From positions 593 to 64,592 of the forward strand of contig SMXQ01000078.1 of NCBI GenBank assembly GCA_004356985.1: a stretch of DNA of 64,000 nt. The letters run 5' to 3'. Shown piece after piece: positions 59,402 through 64,000 of this stretch (its first letter is position 1; each line of letters starts with the position of its first letter). The notes beneath the pieces were generated by a model. It was not told the DNA's origin. It searched no databases and worked only from the letters and a program-made list of their open reading frames with translations. This DNA comes from Alphaproteobacteria bacterium. Lineage in GTDB: Bacteria; Pseudomonadota; Alphaproteobacteria; SMXQ01. The position numbers were made by a program, and so were the translations under genes.

Positions 59402-59812
59402 TCAGTCCGCAAACTTGGCGAGCTTGAGCGACGCCGAATTGATGCAGTAGCGCAGGCCCGTGGGCTTGGGCCCGTCGGGGAAGACGTGGCCGAGATGGGC
59501 GCCGCAGCGCGCGCACAGGGCCTCGGTCCGGGACATGAAGAGCGCGTTATCCTCTTCGGCCCTAACCGCCGCTTCAGCCACCGGCTTGGTGAAGCTGGGC
59601 CAGCCGGTGCCGGATTCGAACTTGTCTTGGGATGAAAACAGCGGCTCTCCGCAACAGACGCAGGCGTAGGTGCCGGCATCGTGGCAATCGTGGTAGCGGC
59701 CGGTGAAGGCCGGCTCGGTGCCCTTCTCCCGGGTGACGTGGAATTCCTGGTCCGAGAGCTGGGCCCGCCACTGGGTATCGGTCTTGGTGATCTTTTCCGC
59801 CATGTTTTCCAA
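59402..59812 (-). CDS. msrB: Peptide-methionine (R)-S-oxide reductase.
   Basis: 136 aa. Zn-binding CVCCGEPLF...CARCGAHLGHVF and the catalytic RYCINSASL motif. Confidence 0.92.
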   Translation of the reverse strand: MENMAEKITKTDTQWRAQLSDQEFHVTREKGTEPAFTGRYHDCHDAGTYACVCCGEPLFSSQDKFESGTGWPSFTKPVAEAAVRAEEDNALFMSRTEALCARCGAHLGHVFPDGPKPTGLRYCINSASLKLAKFAD

Positions 59813-60011
59813 ATCCTTCGTTCTCGCCCCTCGTCGCCTTTAGCCGCCAAGACCCGCCAGGGCCGCCGTCACCGCGCGGTCGAAGGCTTGCGCCCGTTCG
59901 ATCCGCGGAGTGTGAGGGGCGTGCGCGATGAGTTCAAGCCACGCCCCGGAAAATAGGCAAAATAAGACGGCGGGCCCGGAGACCCGCCGCCGGTAGTTGT
60001 TCTAAGTTTTT

Positions 60012-62336
60012 TTATCCTTTTGCCAGCGCCGCCTTGACCCGCGCCGGGGTCATCGGCGCGGTCCGCATCCGCACCCCGGTGGCATCGTAGAAGGCGTTGG
60101 CGATGGCGCCCGACACCGGCCGGGTGGACGGTTCGCCCGCCCCCATGGACGGCTTGTCGGGCCGATTGATCAGCACCACGTCGACGGCTTCGGGCGTATC
60201 GGGGCTTTCGGCGATGGGATAGGTATCCCAATCGATGCTGGTCACCTCGTCGGGGCCGAACATCACCTCCTCGTAGATGACGCGGCTGAGCGCCATAACC
60301 ACATTGCCCTGGATGGTGAGGGTCAGCCCATCGGGGTTGATGATCAGGCCGCATTCGTGGGAGACGGTGAATTTGCGTACCCAGATTTGGCCGGAACGCG
60401 TGTCCACCTCGACCTCGGCGATAACCGCCACCTTGGACCCCGAGCGCCGCGCGTAGGCGATGCCCCGCCCGGAGACGGTGTTTTTGCCGCCCTGGCCCTT
60501 GCGCGGACCGACGCGCGGCTTCCACCCGGCCTTTTCCGCCACCGCCGTGATCAACGCACGGTCGCGTTTGGTGCGCAGATACTTGAGCCGGTATGCCACC
60601 GGGTCCATCCCCGCCGCTTCGGCCAGTTCATCGTGGAACTGTTCCGAGGCGAACTGGATCTGGGGACCGATGGGATCACGCAGATGCGAGGTCCTGAGCG
60701 GCGAGTTGCGGTCCAGGAACGGCGGAATCACCTTCCAGCCCAAACGGTAATCGGGGATGTTGTAAATGTTTTCCGGCTCGCTGAAGAATTTGCGCGGCTT
60801 CAGCTTCGCCCCCAGCGCCTGGCCCGCCAGGTTGTCCCGCGGCTGGGATTCATTGGACCGCACGTTTTGGCGGTCGAACGCCTTGGAGATGAATTCATAG
60901 GCGATCACGTTGCCCTGGGCATCCAGCCCACCCCGGCAGAAATGCACGCTTGCCGGCGCTTTGGGGTCCCAGCCCGTGCCTTCGTGGCGCATCCCCTGGA
61001 CGCGCACCGGCTTGCCCACTTCCTTGGACAGCAGGGCTGCCTGCATGGCGGCATCGCCGGCATCGTTACGGCCGTAGGACCCCGGTCCCGGCACCCAGAT
61101 TCCCCGCACGCTGCCCTTGGGCATCTTGAGCATCTTCGCGACGCCGTAGGAGGTGTAATGGGATTTCTGCGACCCGGTCCACAACATCACCGGATTGGCG
61201 CCGGCGTCGACCACGGCGCAGGCCGGGCCCATGGAGGCATGGGACTGGAAGGGGAATTCGAATTCCGCGGCCAACACCTTGGCGGCGCCGGCTAGCGCCT
61301 TGTCCACATCGCCGCCCTTGAACCTGTTCTTTTGCTTGATGACCGGCGCGTTGCGGATGTGGTCGTAGAGATCCTCCTGCCGGCCAAACGGCTTCTTGCC
61401 GCCGCCGGTCCAATGGACCTTGAGGTCCCGGGCCGCCTGCACGGCGTCCCATTCATTGTCCGCGACCACGGCGATGAAGTCCTTCTTCTGGACCACCCGC
61501 ACGCCCTTGATGTGCTTGATCGAAGAGGCGTCATACCCCTTGAGCTTGGAGCCCGCCCGGGTGGGATGGATGACCCGCCCATGGACCATGCCGGGCACCT
61601 TGATATCGGTGACGAAGTCGGTGGTGCCGAACACCTTGCCGGCGACGTCGATCCTGGGGAAGGGCTTGCCGACGATGCGGTAATCCTTGACCGCCTTGGG
61701 CTTGGCCTTGCCGTGGGAATAGAGCCGGTTGCCCAGCTTCTTGTTCCAGGTGAGCTTGTGGTTGAAGTAGTTGCCCTGGAGGATATCCGCGTAGGAGACC
61801 TTCTTGGACATATCGCCCTTGACGCTGACCACCCCGTCATTGACCTCCAGCCGGGCGGCTTTGACCCCCAACCTCTTGGCGGCTTCCTCCACCAGGACGC
61901 GCCTAGCCTCGGCGGCGATGACGCGCATGGTCCTGCCGCCCCACTTGACCCCGAACGAGCCCGATGCCCCGCCCTGGTTGACGCTGGTGCCGGTGTCCGA
62001 CATCAGGGTGGTCACCTTCTCGAAGGCGACGTCGAGCTCTTCGGCGATGATCTGGGAAATCGCCACGTCCAACCCCTGGCCCATGTCCATCTTGCCGAAG
62101 AACGCCGTGACCTTGCCGTCGGCCCTGATGGCGATGAAGCTGTCCAACTGGTCGGGGATGAGCTTCGGCTTGACCTTCGAACCGAAACCCATGGCCTTGG
62201 CCCCCCTGGTCTTAGCCGCGGCCTTTTTGCTGCCCACCACGGGTTGGGCCCCCATGACCACCACCAGGGCGCCCGCGCCCTTGAGAAGGTCGCGGCGGGA
62301 AACTTCGAAATCTTTCGGCGATATCATATTCGTCAT
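60012..62336 (-). CDS. Molybdopterin-dependent aldehyde/isoquinoline-type oxidoreductase large (MoCo-binding) subunit with a Tat signal.
   Basis: Start MTNMISPKDFEVSRRDLLKGAGALVVV (twin-arginine) at 62336 after a GGGAGGG RBS. Xanthine-dehydrogenase-family MoCo domain pattern, about 775 aa. Confidence 0.85.
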   Translation of the reverse strand: MTNMISPKDFEVSRRDLLKGAGALVVVMGAQPVVGSKKAAAKTRGAKAMGFGSKVKPKLIPDQLDSFIAIRADGKVTAFFGKMDMGQGLDVAISQIIAEELDVAFEKVTTLMSDTGTSVNQGGASGSFGVKWGGRTMRVIAAEARRVLVEEAAKRLGVKAARLEVNDGVVSVKGDMSKKVSYADILQGNYFNHKLTWNKKLGNRLYSHGKAKPKAVKDYRIVGKPFPRIDVAGKVFGTTDFVTDIKVPGMVHGRVIHPTRAGSKLKGYDASSIKHIKGVRVVQKKDFIAVVADNEWDAVQAARDLKVHWTGGGKKPFGRQEDLYDHIRNAPVIKQKNRFKGGDVDKALAGAAKVLAAEFEFPFQSHASMGPACAVVDAGANPVMLWTGSQKSHYTSYGVAKMLKMPKGSVRGIWVPGPGSYGRNDAGDAAMQAALLSKEVGKPVRVQGMRHEGTGWDPKAPASVHFCRGGLDAQGNVIAYEFISKAFDRQNVRSNESQPRDNLAGQALGAKLKPRKFFSEPENIYNIPDYRLGWKVIPPFLDRNSPLRTSHLRDPIGPQIQFASEQFHDELAEAAGMDPVAYRLKYLRTKRDRALITAVAEKAGWKPRVGPRKGQGGKNTVSGRGIAYARRSGSKVAVIAEVEVDTRSGQIWVRKFTVSHECGLIINPDGLTLTIQGNVVMALSRVIYEEVMFGPDEVTSIDWDTYPIAESPDTPEAVDVVLINRPDKPSMGAGEPSTRPVSGAIANAFYDATGVRMRTAPMTPARVKAALAKG

Positions 62337-62350
62337 CTTCCTGCCCTCCC

Positions 62351-62827
62351 CTAAGACGCCATGGCTTTGGCGGCGCGCTTGACCGCTTTCAGGATGGCGA
62401 AATGCGTCCCGCAGCGGCACTTGAGACCCTTGAGCCCGGCACGGATCTGCTTGTCGGACAGCTTCGGATTCTTGTTGAGCATTTCCGCCGCCGTCATGAT
62501 CCAGCCGTTGATGCAATAGCCGCACTGGGGCACTTGTTCTTCCACGAAGGCGGTTTGCACCGGATGCGGTTTTTCGGGCGTGCCCAGGCCCGTCAGGGTC
62601 ACCACCTTCTTGCCGCGAACCGAGCCCACCGGCGTCACGCAGGACCGAATGGCCTTGCCGTTGACATGCACCGTGCAGGCGCCGCACTGGGCCAGGCCGC
62701 AGCCGAAATGGGGATTGTTCAAGCCGATATCGTTCCTGAGCGCGTAGAGGAGCGGCATATCGGGGTCGACGGTGACGGTGAAGTGACCGCCGTTTACATT
62801 GAGTCTCATGCGTTGAGGTTTCGCCAT
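62351..62827 (-). CDS. (2Fe-2S)-binding small subunit of the molybdenum oxidoreductase.
   Basis: 158 aa. Two [2Fe-2S] motifs CGLAQCGACTV and QCGYCINGWIM...C.C. Confidence 0.88.
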   Translation of the reverse strand: MAKPQRMRLNVNGGHFTVTVDPDMPLLYALRNDIGLNNPHFGCGLAQCGACTVHVNGKAIRSCVTPVGSVRGKKVVTLTGLGTPEKPHPVQTAFVEEQVPQCGYCINGWIMTAAEMLNKNPKLSDKQIRAGLKGLKCRCGTHFAILKAVKRAAKAMAS

Positions 62828-63120
62828 GTGAACCCCTCCCTATAGATCGACGCGCGGGCGGCCAGGGACGGGGAAGCCCTATGCCGCCGATGCCGTCGCA
62901 CCGGTTCGATTACCGCCAAAAGCTAGGGGGACTGGTCAAAAGCCAAAGAAAATGACAGAAGCAACGAAACGCGCGGGCGCGCCGCCGCTCCGATTCCCAC
63001 GTTTGAAAGTTCCCCTAATCCATTCTTTTTATTCCAGGCTGCAACGCTGGAAAGTTTCGGCCCGGGCCGCCCCGGAGTCAAGGGCGTTGGGACATTTCCG
63101 CCAGGCCGCGCCCATTGGCG

Positions 63121-63750
63121 TCAAGCTCGGGCCGAGAAACCGGCGATGTCCTCGGAGGTGTCGAGATCGACCAGGGTTCCGGTGCCGGCCATGGCAATTT
63201 CGGCCACCAATTCGGGGTGCGCCGCGATCACCGTTTTGGCCCCACTGTCGCCGGTGAGGGCCAGCAGTTCGGGGAAAAACCGGCGGGCGAACAGCACCGG
63301 GTTGCCCCGGCGCCCGCCCGCTTTGGGCACGCAAATGGCGGCGCCCCCTTGGGCGTCGAAGGCGGCGATCAATAGGTCGATCTCGGCCGCCTTGATGGCC
63401 GGCATGTCGCCCAGGCAGATCAGCGCCGCCGCCACGTCGCCGGGCAGCGCCTTGATTCCGGCAATGATGGAACCGGCCATGCCCTGGGCGAAATCGGCGT
63501 TATGGGCGAATTCCACACCCTGGCCGGCCAGCGCCGCGCAGACCTCGGCGCTTTGATGCCCGGTCACGACGATGATGGGAAACGCGTTCGAGCCCGTGAT
63601 GCGGGCAAGGGCGCGGGCGACCATGGGGATGCCGCCGATGGGCGCCAAAAGCTTGTTTGTGGCGCCCGCCCGGGTGCTTCGTCCGGCGGCGAGGACGACG
63701 GCCGCGATGCGCGGCGCCGGGTGGTCTTTAGGCGGACTGTTTTTTGCCAT
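63121..63750 (-). CDS. mocA: Molybdenum cofactor cytidylyltransferase / nucleotidyltransferase (MocA-like).
   Basis: 209 aa; IAAVVLAAGRSTRAG... MobA-like NTP-transferase motif. Confidence 0.75.
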   Translation of the reverse strand: MAKNSPPKDHPAPRIAAVVLAAGRSTRAGATNKLLAPIGGIPMVARALARITGSNAFPIIVVTGHQSAEVCAALAGQGVEFAHNADFAQGMAGSIIAGIKALPGDVAAALICLGDMPAIKAAEIDLLIAAFDAQGGAAICVPKAGGRRGNPVLFARRFFPELLALTGDSGAKTVIAAHPELVAEIAMAGTGTLVDLDTSEDIAGFSARA

Positions 63751-64000
63751 ACCCCTTCTTTTCGGGGCGCAGCACGTCGATCATCTCGGCGACGATGGAG
63801 ACCGCGATCTCGGCCGGTGAAAGGGCCCCGATATCGAGCCCCACGGGCCCGTGGATGCGATCGAGATCGGCATCGGTGAAGCCTTCGCCCTTCATGCGTT
63901 CACGGCGCAGGGCCTGGGTCTTGCGCGAGCCCAGCGCGCCGACGTAAAAGGCGTCGGACCGAAGCGCCGTCGCCAGGGCCGGTTCATCGAGCTTGGGGTC
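63730..64000 (-). CDS. XdhC/CoxI-family MoCo-insertion accessory protein; C-terminal part only, 5' end beyond the window.
   Basis: Manual translation of the minus strand: ...DPKLDEPALATALRSDAFYVGALGSRKTQALRRERMKGEGFTDADLDRIHGPVGLDIGALSPAEIAVSIVAEMIDVLRPEKKGYGKKQSA*. Stop overlaps the mocA start by about 20 nt. Confidence 0.7.

Overview
This is a 64 kb, high-GC (about 67%) chromosomal segment that looks alphaproteobacterial (Rhodospirillales-like gene order), densely packed with housekeeping genes and a 17 kb accessory catabolic region at the right end. I found no CRISPR array, prophage, transposase or recognisable defence system. The six-frame track lists only complete ORFs and counts GTG/TTG as start codons, so many long antisense ORFs in this GC-rich DNA are artefacts and the TctA gene at the left edge is missing from it. 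All calls are from reading the sequence; no database searches were run.

Gene content, left to right:
- a TctA-family permease with an unusual C-terminal extension, a DMT transporter and a dienelactone hydrolase
- the sdhCDAB operon
- a 1.3 kb non-coding region upstream of sdhC, containing an AT-rich segment with a cluster of DnaA boxes followed by about 700 nt of GC-rich, hairpin-dense sequence
- a CitE/HpcH-type lyase and a LysE exporter
- a cynABDS cyanate uptake and cyanase operon
- asd
- a 1.05 kb low-GC (about 40%) island carrying a 3' fragment of an ankyrin-repeat gene and a secreted PEBP-like protein
- leuBDC, rplS, trmD, rimM, rpsP and ffh
- an orphan Flp pilin, then dapF, mtaB, ftsY, a NUDIX hydrolase and a DUF2336 protein
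- pgk, gap and tkt
- an AbrB-type membrane protein and a family III CoA-transferase
- a GldA/F/G-like ABC-2 cassette with a DUF4340 protein
- a thioredoxin-like ferredoxin and a paralogous ferredoxin fused to a PDR-type reductase
- an accessory catabolic region: a GntR regulator, an SDR, two MmgE/PrpD paralogues, an MFS transporter, an OCD/mu-crystallin enzyme, five arylmalonate-decarboxylase/maleate-isomerase-family paralogues (four in tandem), a Bug/TctC binding protein with a poly-lysine tail, an alpha/beta hydrolase, a GST, msrB, and a two-subunit molybdenum oxidoreductase with its mocA/xdhC accessory genes

Most worth a second look:
- the DnaA-box cluster and the adjacent structured non-coding region upstream of sdhC
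- the AMDase-like paralogue array, in which three of five copies carry Ser in place of the conserved catalytic Cys
- the double-ferredoxin reductase fusion
- repetitive charged tails on rpsP (S16), rplS (L19) and the TctC-like protein
- an 11-nt tandem repeat in a divergent promoter
- the low-GC island
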